64,000 nucleotides of DNA from Bispira polyomma (lineage: Eukaryota). Each line of letters opens with the position of its first letter. Positions within the stretch are counted from its first letter, which is position 1. The notes beneath the pieces are model-generated. The model made no database searches, was not told the DNA's origin, and worked only from the letters and a program-made list of their open reading frames with translations. Shown piece by piece: positions 26,201 through 38,976 of the stretch. The translations under genes were made by a program, and so were the position numbers. The stretch covers positions 12,214,001 through 12,278,000 of the forward strand of contig OZ287757.1 of the NCBI GenBank assembly GCA_965649765.1, in the 5' to 3' direction.

Positions 26201-29200
26201 ATTTTCAATGTTGACAGAATATATCTCACACACGACTTACTCACTGCTAGGTGTCTTGATTTGAATATCTGTCTTATATTGCACATAAAAGTATTTTAAA
26301 AAGGGGGCAATGAGCCAGACGTATAAAAACGTAACACAATAACGTAACAGAACTTTTGTGCCCTTTATAAAAGCTATATAATAAAATATGATTATTTTGT
26401 ATATCTCCCACCCCCCCCAACTTAGTACAATATCCAATATCACCTATTTTTCGCCGTCTCGGAATTTACAAAAGAAACTAGCGTTTAAAGTATCTATTTT
26501 CGATCTTCGAAAATATTTTTTTTAAACCCAAATAAAAAGCAATTGCACCCTTTGTTAAAAAATGACTACCTTTTTGTTGATGAATGTTTGGAGACATGTT
26601 TGTAAGTACTATCATTAAGAGATAAAACATCATATTACCACTGATAACAAGACAAGTAAATCAAAGGTTCTCTTGTCATCTGAAGAAACCATTCATAATT
26701 CAGATACATTTTCCACTCATTCAAATGTCAGATTAAAAAGCAGGTTATATATGCTTAATTCAAACATCGTATCACAGGGTAAAAAATTTTGGGTCAATTT
26801 TTATGTTTTTTTCTTTTTTTTTTTTTTGTTTGTCATTTTGACACGTTGGGAACAAATTTTTAAAAAAGAACAATACTTTCATTAAAGCTATTCAAAAAGT
26901 GATGAGTTTTTTTTTTTCCATTCGAGTTGTTTATACAATATGTCAGGAAATAAGTCAAAAGATGATAAATCACTGCTTTTGATCAGATATAGTCCTTTTT
27001 TACCAGCAAATTAGACAATTCAAAGCAAATATATATACATATATATTATTTTTGTGTCCAAAGAAAAGATTTTGACGAAGCTGTGCTTAGCAGTATCATA
27101 TTTACACAGAGTAAAGAATCTAAAATTCGCCACTATATTTAAAATTCGCCACACCTAAAAAATGTTGTGTTATTGGTAGAATTGTGGGTAACATTTGCTG
27201 AAATTAAGATTTGTGGTGAGTATTTTGTCTTTCTGACCTAAATTCCAGTTATTTTTTGCCCAGTTTTTATTGAGTTGGGGTTTAATTTTAAGGGTGTCGA
27301 ATTTCAGATACAGTGGCAAATTTCAGATTCCTTTTTCTATACGCATGTTTTTCAAACTTTTTGGATGTCATTCACACAGATATAGGTTTCATATATATTT
27401 ACTATATAACTTTAAACAGACAAAAATCATTTATTTTTGTGTATATGTCAACACTCATGCGGGTGTTAGCTTAAAAATCTAGGTCACCTTGTCTGTTTTC
27501 ATTTCTTTGTTGTTTCGGAGACAAAAAGGCCTCAAGTTGTGGCTTGTCTGTCACAATAACATCCTTAACATCCTTAACCCGTCACCATAGACTTCAATTC
27601 TTGTTTTTAAATTTAGGTAAATTGAATAGTTATTGTGTATTGTGTAGTGATTTTTGATGGTAATCTATTTTTGAAATGGGTTTTCAAAGATTTGCAGTTG
27701 ATACCGTTTTCAATTCTAAACCCCCTAGACATACCTCTAGTTAGGCAGGCTTCTCACTTAACAGGGTCGATTTTATGGAACTGTTCAGACTTTTGGCAAC
27801 ATTAAAAGGAAATCAATTGATCAGACTTCTACCTCAAGGGGTTTGACCTAAAAGGGAATCAATTGATCAGACTTCTACTTAAAGAGGTTTGACTGTAGTT
27901 ATGGTATTTTACTGGAATTCAACTTACTGGAATTCCATTGATTCCTGGGAATCCTGGCAAGCCCATCTTTCCCTGAAAAAGAAAAGAACAAACATACAAT
28001 CATTTACTTGTTCATGTACAAATTACCAGTCTTGATGAAGAATGAATATTACATATTATTAAGTATTTTTGTTGCATTAAAGCATTTGCGCTCAATTCTT
28101 TAGTCGATTCTTTACTCAATTCTTTTACTGATATGGCTTCACCTCAAAATAGGTTCATGTAAACTTTATATCAGTCAAATAGATATATAGTCGCCACCCC
28201 TTAGTGCTGTCCACCTCACCCATTCTCCTTTAGGTCCTATACCCCCCCCCCTCCATCCAGTCCATCAATGGTGCACCCTCCCTTTTCTACTTTTCTACCA
28301 CAGGTGTGTATGTAAGACTGTCACCAGTTCATTCTCCTACCTCACTGCCCCCCGCCCCTACTTTGCGGACCCAACTCTTCCAGTCATCCCATCCACCCTA
28401 CCCCTCTCTCCTGTTTACCCACTCACCCTCTTACTGTGTCCTCCCTATCTTACCCTCTCTCTCTTGGATCCTCTAGTTACCCCCCTAATTTCCCCCCTTA
28501 CTTCTGCTCTCTCCCTTGGATCCTCTAGGTCCCCCCCCCCTCCCCTACCTAACCTCTCTTCCTTGGATCCTCTAGGTCCCCCTCCTCACTTCCGCTCTCT
28601 CCCTTGAATCCTCTAGGTCCCCCCCCTCCCCTCTCTCCCTCCCCTGACTCCCTTCACTCCACCCACCCCTTTCTTACCCTCTCTCCCTTGGATCCTCTAG
28701 GTCCGTCACTGCCCCAGTCTCCCTTGTATCCCTTTGGCCCCTGGATTCCCTCTGGCCCTGCGCGGCCCTGCAATCCGGGCTCTCCTTGTGGACCAATCAG
28801 ACCTGGGGCTCCCTGAAAAAAGACACAGACAGTGCATATAAATACGACGTCAATACACAGCTATAATTGGGGCACAGCAGTCTTTAAATTTAGCACAAAT
28901 GTTAAACAGATACACAAATATATCCTATATTACATAACTCATATTCTGTCTTTCTATTCTTTTATACAGTGAAAGCCTGTAAAGTCGAAGCTAAAGGGAC
29001 CATCAAAACATGTTCTACTTAACAGAACTTCTACCATTTCTAATGGAAACAGTCAAATTAATTTCCTTTAAAAATTCAGAATACAAAACTTGCCTAAACT
29101 TTGTCAAAAGATAATGTTGGTCTTTTGAAATGTCAACTGAGTGCAGTTGTACTTTTCTTGTAATACTGGTGTCTAGTCACTGTGTAAATACGAATTACAG

Positions 29201-32200
29201 TCAAAACAGACAGTTAACTGTCACTAATAACAAATACTAATGTTCTGTACGCCCTTTTTTGTCTGAACTCAATTTTCTCATGTTTAATATCCAAGACGAC
29301 TTCTAAGAATGAAACAACTTAAACTTTTACTCTCTTAATAAGGGGAGGGTTTTTTTGTTTTTTTTTCCAAACATTCTATGCTTACTACAAAAAAAAAATA
29401 TATGATAAATTACTACACATAATTTACTTCTTCAAAAGGCTCAATTGATTTAGTGTGTGGTTAAAAAGAATAAAATTTGTAGTATATAACAAACTTATTT
29501 CTAAATATCAAAAGATTTTTGTTTAGCAAAAATTGTATACTTTTAAGGCTGTCAGAGGAAGTATAAACAAGGGATACGTTTTAACTGAAGATTCTAAAAC
29601 AAACACGGCCCATTTATTTTGTACACAGTCGCTATTACTTCAAGTAAACTTTAAAAACAGCCCCTACCATTATTGTCTTATTTTTGACAATGTAAGCATT
29701 TAAAAAAAAAAAAAAAAAAATAAATAAAAATTTTCTCATGGCAAAATTTCAAAGTATTTTAGTCTTTTGCAATTGAGACCTAAAAGTATAACAACAAAAG
29801 AGACTGGTTTTTTGGTCTGTATATTTAATTGAACCCTGGTTTGATAAAATAACTGGATGTCAAAGATAAAAGACATTTTCACTGGGTAGAAATAAAAACA
29901 TCATGGTTTTATGCAAAGTAACGCACTAGCAGAGGTGGCCATTTACAGCAGTTTGAAGAAGATTTTCTTAAATATACATGTACTTCTAAAAGAACACAAA
30001 ATGTGATATTCCAGTCATATATACAATAAGTATTGCAATATATTTTAGGCAAATTTGAAGAGATAGGTTTTAACCTTTTTTCCTTCAACCAGAAAATGTT
30101 TCAAGCGATATAAGCTCCACTAGGAGACTATATTCCATAACCATAGGGGCAGCGATAGAGAAAGATCTGCATCTAGCCATCTTGGTGGGTTTTAACAGAG
30201 CGAAACAGCAAGTCTCTTTCCCCTTTTAAGGGTACATGTACAAAGACTTTTGGGTTGAAATCCAGTCGGCCATCCACCTTTGACCTCTAATAGTACAAAT
30301 AGTACAAATAGTCCACATAGTACAAACCACACACTCACAGAACCTATATAAATATATACAAAACCCCTAAGGACACATTTGTAAAAGTTTTATCAATATA
30401 AAACAAATTTATTGCAACAACACTTGAATAATTTGAGACAGACTCAGTTACTATTCAGTTTGGTTCATTCTGAAATCCCCCTTTATGAACTTAAAAGGCA
30501 TTTCCTTTTCTGATGCACTCACACACATATGGTACATTCCATGTTGTTCAAAATGCTTGCATGTTTCCATCTTTTCATAACAAAATGTTTCTAGGATCTC
30601 AGTCCAGAAAAGTTTCAATAATATCAAAAGTTCCCACCTTATACTACTATCTTACTCAATCCTAATAAAAATTTAGTATCTTTTCTTTTTGACTTTGATT
30701 TTTGTGCGTGTCTGTATTTTACTATATGGAAAAAACGAGAGATCTATATCTTGGCAACAAATAATAACAAGGTAGAGGAAATTGTAACTGTTTTGTTAAA
30801 GTAATTTAACAAGTAAATAAACAAGTGTTTTGGTATTGATTTACTCCTTAAGAAAACCAGTGTATAAAGTAAATATTTAGTTTACTCGTTTTACAATGAC
30901 ACACATCAAAAGAAATGATGACGCCTCTGTAACATAAGGAGATGGAACTAGGGCTATCTGTAGTATGTGTCATTAGTGTTATTAGATGTTCGGGGAATGA
31001 TTGAAGTTTTCTAATATGAATATCATTTACAACAGCAAAAAACAGTTTACAAGTGGGATGTTTTAGCCAGAAAAAGATAGGGTCACTACTTTACCATATT
31101 TTGCTCTAAACTTCTAGTCTATATGTTAGGGGTGTGTAGATGGTGCCTGGAAATCATATTGCGATATCTTGGATCATAATACTTTTGCACAAATTAAAAC
31201 AAGTTTTAAAGTCACGTCACTATCCACCCACGCCAAAAAGCTTGTACAGTAAAAATTGTAATCAGTGATCTTGGAAGAAACTGTAAAGATTATGTGAATT
31301 TGAGGAAATTTTTCATTCAAGCATGCATTGCCTTATTTCTGATTCTGTTGCTGACAAATAATGCATATGCTCTCATACCTTATTTCTAAGAAGTGGCCGA
31401 TATTTTTTGTTAAAAATTATGTGTCTAATACAGGTTGCTTTTCCAATTTTGTATTGCAATATGTTGAGTTTTTATTATATTGTTACACCCTTATCTGTAA
31501 ACATGGGGCCTACCACATAATTATCCCATCAATGAACCTAGTGACTATTCGCAGGAGTCGAACCGGGGACCTTCCAATTACAAGACGTACTCCTTAACCA
31601 GTAGGTCAAGGGAGAGCTGTATAACAGTATTCCTGGCCAGTTGTGTTGTTACCCACTACTAGGCCAAAAATCTTGAGTGACATGATGCTTCAAATAATGA
31701 GCATTAGTGTCCCCTTCCACCTATATAGATCTATCATTAGTACACAATGAAGAGGGATGAGACCTCGCCAAAAATAACAGAAAAAGAGTCAACTATCCAC
31801 CACCTCCCTGACCTGATTCTATCAAAACCAAAATACATCTCAGAAATCTAGGGCCTTGTAATATCGACCACCTCCCTGACCTGATTCTATCAAAACCAAA
31901 ATACATCTCAGAAATCTAGGGCCTTGTAATATCGACCACCTCCCTGACCTGATTCTATCAAAACCAAAATACGTCTCTGAAATCTAGGGCTTGTAATATC
32001 GACCACCTCCCTGACCTGATTCTATCAAAAACCAAAATACATCTCGGACATCTAGGGCCTTATAATATTGACCACCTCCCTGACCTGATTCTATCAAAAC
32101 CAAAATACATCTCTGAGATCTAGGGCCTTATAATATCGACCACCTCCCTGACCTGATTCTATCAAAACCAAAATACGTCTCGGAAATCTAGGGCCTTGTA

Positions 32201-35200
32201 ATATCGACCACCTCCCTGACCTGATTCTATCAAAACCAAAATAAATCTCTGAGATCTAGGGCCTTGACTCTATGTCTGTGTGCCAAATTTGAGACCATAG
32301 CTACCATCCACTTCCGAAATTAGCCTATTGACACTTTTTTTAAACTTAACCTGACCATACGCATGATATAACATATCTATACAGGCATTTTCCTGTAAAA
32401 CCTTATCAACTAACTCAAATAGATTTTTTAAAAGCTCTCCATTTTGCACTTGTTTGTTATTTCTAAACTTAAAACCAAAACATCGGAGACAAGTACAGCT
32501 AAGTTGCAAACATTTTTTTGCGTGGGGGTTTGATTTTTTTTGTTTGGCTAAAAATACACAACAAACATCTTTCATCGTGTCTATACAAACAAGGGACAGT
32601 TGGTTTTGAAAACATACACAAACGATTCTGTAACACAATTTCGGTGCAAATCACCTTTCTTCTTAGGGTAAGAAAAATAAATACTCATTTTCTGTTTTGG
32701 TTTTTGCTTGTTATATAGTCTACGTTCTAATGGTATAACTTATAAAAATACCTACATGTTCATTAATGCAATGTTTTCAGCAATAATATTTTTCAGCTAC
32801 CAAAAGAAGGCCCCACTTACATATATTTCAATGCTACATGTATATAGTTTTTTATAAAGATTTGTATCTGCACAATTGGCTATTTTGGAGAACGATTTGT
32901 TCTGGCAATCAATTTTACAACTTTAGACAAAGATTGTATATTTTTATATATGTATTTGTGGTAATGTTTGTAATTATTTAAGATATTTTTGTTTTTCTTT
33001 TATTCTGTTCAAAAGCTGAGTCTTGACTTTAGGCGAGAGCTGGGATATATATCGACAGAGCAATAGGTTATTCACAAACCATATTATAGACTTTACTTGA
33101 TACAAAACAAGACTGGAAAAAAGTGTACGTTAATGGGAGGTGTTCATCATTCAAACATACAATAGCATTTATTTGTTACAAATCAGGATTGGGAAACAGT
33201 GTTCATTACAGAGAGGTGTTCACTATTGAGAGGTACTATCGACTTTACTTGTGGCAAAACACGACTAGGAAAAAGTGTTCGTTAAAGGGAGGTCTTCACT
33301 ATTCACAACTTTTACTGTATTTTACTTTCTTATTACTTAAAATTCTCTTTAGTGAAACAATGACTCGCTTCTTAAGAATATCTGTCTATAAACTGTTAAA
33401 TCTCTGTCTGGCACAAGAGTGAACCAATAGAAAGACACCCCTTAATTAAATTTTTAGTCTTCATTAATGTTTTATGGTCTGATAATAATTACTCCCATTA
33501 AATCACTCACTTTCTTGTTTGTTAACCCCAGACGATTTACAAAATCTGTCCTCATTTGACCCGACCTATTAAATATTCATTGACCTTTCCTTCTGTTAAC
33601 CCAGATTGTTTACAAACTCTATCCTCATTTGACCTGACCTACTTAATAAGTATTGACCTTCTCCTTTGAAGTTGGTATTGAACAAATAAAATACTAATAT
33701 ATTATATATTATAAAATTCGAAACAGCTGGGCCACCGGAAAGCGTTTTTACAAAAGCAAATTCTTATAATTAATCTGCATTATAGTTTATTTTCTAGAAA
33801 AACATAACTGTGCTTTAGTTGATCAGCGCTGTTATATCCAGTTTCTTTGCAAATTATTGTAACATTAGATGAGTTTTGTTGTTTATCTGGATATTGAAAT
33901 AAATCTTCCCCCCCCCCCACTCCCCTATAACACCCCCCAGAAGCTGCAACTTCAAAGGAAAACAGGCTTTTGATCACGGTATGGGATAATTATGGAAGAA
34001 AAAGGTTTTCACTACGTAGGTGAAATAAAGGTTTGTCATGTATTTCTATAAAAAAAAAGAACAAATTCTCTCTAATCATTGGTCGACTATCTTTAAATAT
34101 ATAGGTATCATATATTTCACTCATAAAAAGATCCAGAATCACAAAAAAAAGCTGATCCAATTAAACCTTGTTTTCAAAATCCCAGTACTTCTTGTATGGT
34201 AAAAGAACCTGCAGTTATTTGTTTTTACCTTTTTGCTAATAGTTCTTAACGTTTGATGTTAATGGGCTTCTATTAGGAACAGTTTGCTTAGCTTGCTGGT
34301 CTGATTAGGACTCTGTTTTTTTTTTGTGCACTTAAGGCTTTAGTAACGTAAACACAAAAAAACAATCACCGCTAAACCACGTTATGTGTGCTCCAGCTTC
34401 TCAGAAACTGCACAACTTTTTCTTTGTGGTCTTAAACTCGATTTATGGATAACATATTTACATTTTCATGAAAGTAATAATAAAGAATGACATATATTTT
34501 AATTATATACTAATTCATATATTTTATGTGTCATTTTAATAGGTATCTTGAGACATACACTGCATATAGCAGTGTGTAAAATTGTAACTGAAATGGGTAA
34601 TATTTTCAAAGTACATGCTTCACAAACGTGACACAATTCACATACCAAGAAAGAATCAATACTGAAGTATAAATCATGACTAGAAAAGAAAAACATCAGC
34701 ATTATTTTGAATGAATTAGTTTTTCAAAAAAAGCACAAAAACGGGGATAATTTTAGAAAAACATTTAAGTTACACTCTTCCAAACAGAAAGATGTTTTAT
34801 ATTCTTTGTTTTTATAAAATAAGGAAACATATTGAAAAATGTAAATCATTGAAAATAATATATATGTTTTCTGACATTGTTTAGTGTATCTAATGTCTGC
34901 AAATGTGTTGGATCAATACTAGTATTGTGTCACAATAGAAAGGCTTCACTGCGAGAATTGGTTATAAATATGACGTTCCTACATAGATTTCAAATTGTGT
35001 GACGTCACAATACAAAAGTCGCGGTGTGGGTGTTTAATCACTTGATGGCCAACTACTTAATTTTTAAATTGTGTAGACATACCAAAATTAGTTAAAAACA
35101 CCACTAGAGAAGCATTTTAAGGCTACCTTAGTCTGTATATAGGTGAAAATGAACTTGCGCAAATGCAGTATGATTTATCGGCAACGTATTTGTGCGTTTA

Positions 35201-36776
35201 CGTTACTAAAGCCTTAAAGAAAGCTGATGGAAGGGTTGTTTTCTGTAAATGTCTGTTAGATCTACATATCTTAACCCTTTCAACCCCGAGGGAAAATTTT
35301 CGACGGGAAAATGAAGGAAATTTTTTCAGGTTATAAGTTATTTATAGTTAGAGTTACTAAAACACACAGCACAGACTACCTCCAGTATTCAATAACGGGT
35401 TAGAATCACTAAAACACACAGCACAGACTACCTCCGGCATTCATTAACGGCCTCATGTATAATTTTTTTAAATAGAAAAGTCTGCTGTACTTGAGGCACT
35501 GAAGGATAATATAATATTTTTTTTTTTTGGGGGGGGGGGGGGGGGGGTGTCGACTGCTATCAGACAACACAAGGGTAGAAATATTTATTTTAGTGTTGGC
35601 AATTAATTATAAAGTTTCGCTAACCAGTTTCCAGACATATGGGCAACAAAATCTGGGATATTGATTTTCCACTTTGGGAGTAAATCCTAAATGTACTGTA
35701 AATATCGTCAAAAGAGAATAAATATATTCAAATGTTTTCAGGCAATATGAAACATATATATTTTTACTGTTTTTACCATTGATAAAAGCAAATACCGCTT
35801 ACCTACACCTATAAATATATATTTGGTAGGGCACAGAAAAGGGGGAAACTGAGTCAGATATCTGAATCCAGGTTATAAAACTTACAAATAGAGCTTCTTG
35901 TATTTAGGTTAACCAGTCTGGTAATTTAGAACTTTTGTCTGAGAAAGAGAAAAACAAACTTAGCAGACAACTTGCTGGTGCTTTATTCTGGGCAGTTCAT
36001 ACTCGTCAAACACACCCCAACTCACACTGACAAACCAAAAACTCCAATGAAGGCAAGTCAAAAATATACAAAACACAAAAAGTATTTGTACTTGTGACCA
36101 TTCATTTAATAGATTTTTCCGTGCTGAATTTAAATATGCAATCAGATCTTTATATATCGCACTTTTCACCAGAGATAGGACGGAAAATGTTCAGAGTTTT
36201 AGTTTAAGTCAAAGCTTGATATTTTGGGAAGAATAAGGGGGTCGTTTGGTGGATAAACCTGCTTCAACAAAACTTGTTTGGTTTGTGGTTTTTTTTCAGT
36301 CTCAAGACAAAACACATGCCATGCTTGTGTGGTAAATGGCATCTAACATTTAAAGAAAGTTTTTTTTGGTTAATTTTTGTTCAAAAGAAATCAAGAGGTA
36401 GAAGGAATTTATTCGTATATTACCTGGATTTTTGTGGAACAACCTGAGCTAACACCCAAGGCCCTCTATACTTGTAAGTACAAGGATTTTCAAACAACTA
36501 AATCTATTTTACCAGCTAGTTGAGACTTAATACTTTTGCTACAAGTAAGCAGAATTGTTTACTTGATCTCCCTTGACTCCAGAATATCCAGATTACAAAT
36601 CATTCCTAACATTTAAGAGACAACCCTGTTGCCCGCTCTTGACATGACTTATATGACAGTAAGCATTAAAACACCCTATTATCACTCACCCGTGCTCCTT
36701 TTTCTCCGATACATCTACAACCACTTGCTGTACAGCCACTGCAACGGCTCGGTAATACTTCGTCCCTGCTACTTTG
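5311..36776 (-). CDS. COL4A2: Type IV (basement membrane) collagen, alpha2/let-2-like chain; partial multi-exon gene (7S domain plus N-terminal helix, 15 exons seen, about 560 aa with one alternative exon)
   Basis: GT-AG exons join in frame to give CxxCxxxxCxCxGEKGxRG, [24 protein letters not shown] and an interrupted Gly-X-Y helix. The alpha2 call rests on remembered similarity to let-2/COL4A2; NC1 is not in the window. Confidence 0.85.
6350..6649 (-). CDS. COL4A2: Collagen IV exon (300 nt, phase 1/1): [21 protein letters not shown]...GVPGQK
   Basis: tttttcag acceptor, gtgagc donor, Gly-X-Y; missed by the ORF track. Confidence 0.93.
7007..7205 (-). CDS. COL4A2: Collagen IV exon (199 nt, phase 0/1): [22 protein letters not shown]...GDEGPP
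   Basis: ttcccccccag acceptor, gtaaca donor, Gly-X-Y. Confidence 0.92.
7250..7479. mobile_element. About 230-bp MITE family with AGAGTAAGGAATCTAAAATTCGCCAC ends (partial copy)
   Basis: Related copies at 14402-14630, 27108-27333, 37836-38070, 51938-52186 and 53195-53435. Confidence 0.7.
7691..7866. mobile_element. Short CAGT-ended MITE family (Tc1/mariner/pogo-like ends)
   Basis: tacagtgaaacccctt...aagaggttcac; related copies near 17035-17212, 17252-17405, 41130-41300 and 59695. Confidence 0.6.
8103..8680. repeat. 39-bp minisatellite, about 15 copies
   Basis: Unit gacatggcccagattcaatgagatcccataacatcaagt; explains the repetitive ORF 8065-8646. Confidence 0.95.
8681..8832. repeat. 10/20/30-bp compound tandem repeat next to an exon donor
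   Basis: cttcacacag-accacatgac-accagatgac blocks. Confidence 0.85.
8845..9000 (-). CDS. COL4A2: Collagen IV exon (156 nt): [19 protein letters not shown]...GLTGPPG
   Basis: actttcccag acceptor, gtgagt donor. Confidence 0.92.
9505..9857 (-). mobile_element. L2/CR1-type LINE 3' end remnant
   Basis: Minus strand encodes [14 protein letters not shown] and frameshifted [14 protein letters not shown], typical of this ORF2 C-terminus; second copy at 41355-41717. Confidence 0.75.
9909..9971 (-). CDS. COL4A2: Collagen IV exon (63 nt): [21 protein letters not shown]
   Basis: attacag acceptor, gtgagc donor, perfect Gly-X-Y. Confidence 0.92.
11282..11335 (-). CDS. COL4A2: Collagen IV exon (54 nt): [18 protein letters not shown]
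   Basis: atctag acceptor, gtaagt donor, perfect Gly-X-Y. Confidence 0.92.
11545..12319. mobile_element. Non-autonomous piggyBac-like element (TTAA|CCCTTTC...GAAAGGG|TTCA)
   Basis: Short TIRs with a TTAA-type target; deleted relatives near 35271-35580, 40894-41130, 46754-46971 and 51799-52335. Confidence 0.6.
14402..14630. mobile_element. About 230-bp MITE copy
   Basis: TIR gtaaggaat...attccttac. Confidence 0.75.
15190..15378 (-). CDS. COL4A2: Collagen IV alternative exon C (189 nt): [63 protein letters not shown]
   Basis: atatcag acceptor, gttggt donor, phase 0/0; homologous to 16713-16886 and 20537-20725. Confidence 0.88.
16713..16886 (-). CDS. COL4A2: Collagen IV alternative exon B (174 nt): [58 protein letters not shown]
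   Basis: tactaacag acceptor (weak pyrimidine tract), gtagag donor, phase 0/0. Confidence 0.82.
17212..17247. repeat. (TA)n microsatellite between two MITE copies
   Basis: Read directly from the sequence. Confidence 0.9.
20537..20725 (-). CDS. COL4A2: Collagen IV alternative exon A (189 nt): [63 protein letters not shown]
   Basis: gtttcttag acceptor, gtgaaa donor, phase 0/0. Confidence 0.88.
23210..23272 (-). CDS. COL4A2: Collagen IV exon (63 nt): [21 protein letters not shown]
   Basis: accctag acceptor, gtaagt donor. Confidence 0.92.
23744..23902. mobile_element. MITE with CAGTAGAACCTCTATTATC TIRs
   Basis: Related copies at 42191-42680 and 46277-46476; half-ends near 6793 and 10770. Confidence 0.7.
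24028..24186 (-). CDS. COL4A2: Collagen IV exon (159 nt): [53 protein letters not shown]
   Basis: ttttccccag acceptor, gtaagt donor. Confidence 0.93.
24758..24866. mobile_element. About 110-bp palindromic MITE (ggccgtattcactaa...ttagtgaattacgggcc)
   Basis: Copies at 38974-39087 and about 53820-53922. Confidence 0.75.
25041..25230. repeat. 50-bp tandem repeat, about 4 copies
   Basis: gtgaagaagaacttgatcggaattaacaaaggtctacatt... Confidence 0.9.
25396..25458 (-). CDS. COL4A2: Collagen IV 7S exon (63 nt): [21 protein letters not shown]
   Basis: Diagnostic 7S GCNGT (Cys plus N-glycosylation sequon); ttttctag acceptor, gtaagt donor. Confidence 0.95.
25474..25703. repeat. 25-bp minisatellite, about 9 copies, 15 nt from an exon acceptor
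   Basis: Unit ttaccattagaaaccagaatcacag. Confidence 0.92.
27928..27972 (-). CDS. COL4A2: Collagen IV 7S exon (45 nt): [15 protein letters not shown]
   Basis: ctttttcag acceptor, gtaagt donor. Confidence 0.93.
28678..28812 (-). CDS. COL4A2: Collagen IV 7S exon (135 nt): [45 protein letters not shown]
   Basis: cttttttcag acceptor, gtaaga donor, perfect Gly-X-Y. Confidence 0.94.
31800..32265. repeat. 68-bp minisatellite, about 7 copies
   Basis: Unit ccacctccctgacctgattctatcaaaaccaaaatacatctc...gtaatatcga. Confidence 0.95.
34336..35213. mobile_element. Non-autonomous DNA transposon, Kolobok-like (TTAA target, GG...CC ends)
   Basis: Perfect 18-bp TIR ggctttagtaacgtaaac / gtttacgttactaaagcc flanked by TTAA on both sides. 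Confidence 0.8.
36690..36776 (-). CDS. COL4A2: Collagen IV 7S Cys-rich start exon (87 nt): [29 protein letters not shown]
   Basis: Four-Cys 7S motif followed by GEKG; ttttatag acceptor, gtgagt donor; phase 0/0. Confidence 0.92.
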
Positions 36777-38474
36777 CTATAAAACGGAAAAAAATGCGAG
36801 AAACAATGTTTATTATTGGTTCAGCAATTGTTGTTAGTTTGCTATAGTGAAAGGAATATAAGGGAGAAACAATGTTTGTTATCATTGGCTTAGAATTTGA
36901 GTTTTCAGCCCCCGCCCCAAAGATAAGCTCCTAATGCCCTGCTGTAAATCATACAAAGTTGGGAAGACGACTAATTAAATAAGTATAGTGAATGTCATTA
37001 TTATGAACACATTGATGTGTACAATATATACACTTTAACTATAAATATATAATTAAAATTTGGAAAGAACAATCTGATGATATAATTCTAATTGAATTTA
37101 CTCTGGAGAGAGAGTTTTGGAAAATTTGTATTTTTAATCATCTTTTAATATAATATTTTACAAAAGCATTAAAAATAGTAAATTGAAGATCTGCTTCTCT
37201 CTCTTATAACGTGGAGATCAAATACAGGAGAGTAAATGGTAAAATCAGTGTAATTACGACTCGACATAACTACAAACATTACTGATAACTATTAAGATAT
37301 ATAATAAGAGGTATAATTATTTAAGTTTTTCTTTAAAACAAACAGAAAAATAAATATATAGCTGTAATTTACACAAAATTAAGCATGCTTGATTATATTT
37401 TCCCAGAGTACATTTTAATACGGTATATGAAAAATGGTTCACACATCATAAACGATTTGTCTACAAGATACATACCCTTAAAACCGTAAGCAGAATTTCC
37501 ACTTAACAGGTCGATTTTTAAAAAGAAAATTCCTCGGTGGGATTAAGACATGTGCATTAACAGACTTCTGCTTAAAGAGGCAAGCGAGCATGTTTGGGAT
37601 GTTGGGGCTGGTTTTCAAAATTCATGGTCTATGTCTAAGTTTGCTGCCTATAAAACGCAGGCCTGAAGTGCATTCACCTTCCCTAAAAATACTTACTACA
37701 TCTATTATAGGAGTTTGTATGACCTCCCACCTTTCAAGGAGATAGATAAATATAGAAACCCAATTTCCCTTGATTGAAGGCCTATGGAAGGAATCGAGGC
37801 CAAGTTTTACATCATTACGTCTACTTGGATATCCCGAGTAAGGAATATACACTTCGCCACTGTATCTTAAAATTCACCACCCTAGAAAATGTTGTGTTTT
37901 TGGTTGAATTGTGGGCAATATTTGCCACAAATTGAGATTTTTGGTGACTATTTTGCCCTTACATACTTAAATTCCAGCTATTTTTCACCACTTACTAATG
38001 CGTTGGCTTAAATATTTAGGGGGGGGGGGGGGTGAATTTTAAAAGAGTGGCAATATTTTAGATTCCTTACCCCATTTTTCGGAGACTGCGCTTTGGAGTA
38101 GCAAATCCAACAATTTTTCAACAGTTATTATCTAAATGTTACTGCATATTAAGTGCGAGCAGAATACATGTATAGTTGGTTGTAATAATATATAAAGCCT
38201 TTTTAAATTTGCAAATTTTCGCTGTGTTCACAGTATATGTGTGGTATAATTTACACAGGTAGTTGTAGGAACTCTGATTAGTGCTGCCAAGCAAATCAAT
38301 CACATACATTTAGTTCTGTGTTCTGATGTCAAAAAGGGCAGTTGTTATACAACTACAATCTTACAGTTTTACAGCCTTATGGAATTACTCATCTAGGTAT
38401 ATGTATATACCTTCTATTTGCCCTGGGGCCCCTGTATTCTGCAAAAAGATCTCAAACTCAACATAGACTCAAAC

Positions 38475-38976
38475 CAGGGCCTTATTCTCGAATGTATACT
38501 CAGCTCAAACTCATGGTCAACTAAAATCTGGATTCTCTAGAACTTCGGATACGTTAAACATATCTAAAATCTGACTGCATATTTGAATTCCGTGTTAAAA
38601 GCTCTATGAATGGTCACAAGTAGAAGTTATTTCCATGTAAATGATTTCCACAAACCCTATATTTGAGTTGAGTATGAGTTTAAGCCGAGTATACGTTCGA
38701 GAATACGGGCCCAGAACTACTCATGTACATATGGAACATTTCGAACGTATACTCAGCTTAAATTCATACTCAACTCAAATACAGGCCATGTGGAAATCAT
38801 TGTACATGGAAATAACCTATACTTGTGACCATTCGTTTTAATAGAGCTTTTAACTGTGAATTCAAATATTAAGTCCGATTTTTTTTATATATTTACCGTA
38901 TCCAGAGTTATGGAAAATCCAGACTTGAGTTGAGTAGGAGTTTGAGCTGAGTATACATTGAAGAATACTAGCCCTG
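38475..38976. mobile_element. Two adjacent, oppositely oriented copies of an about 240-bp MITE
   Basis: tattctcgaatgtatactcagct...gagtatacgttcgagaata ends; 38475-38714 and about 38740-38976 have reverse-complementary interiors. Confidence 0.75.

Noticed and set aside
28215-28240. GPKGEW-like microexon
   Set aside because: The available AG gives 17 nt and breaks frame; likely another decayed exon-end copy
31800-32265. CRISPR-like regular repeats (also 25474-25703 and 8103-8680)
   Set aside because: Head-to-tail units with no unique spacers, in eukaryotic introns
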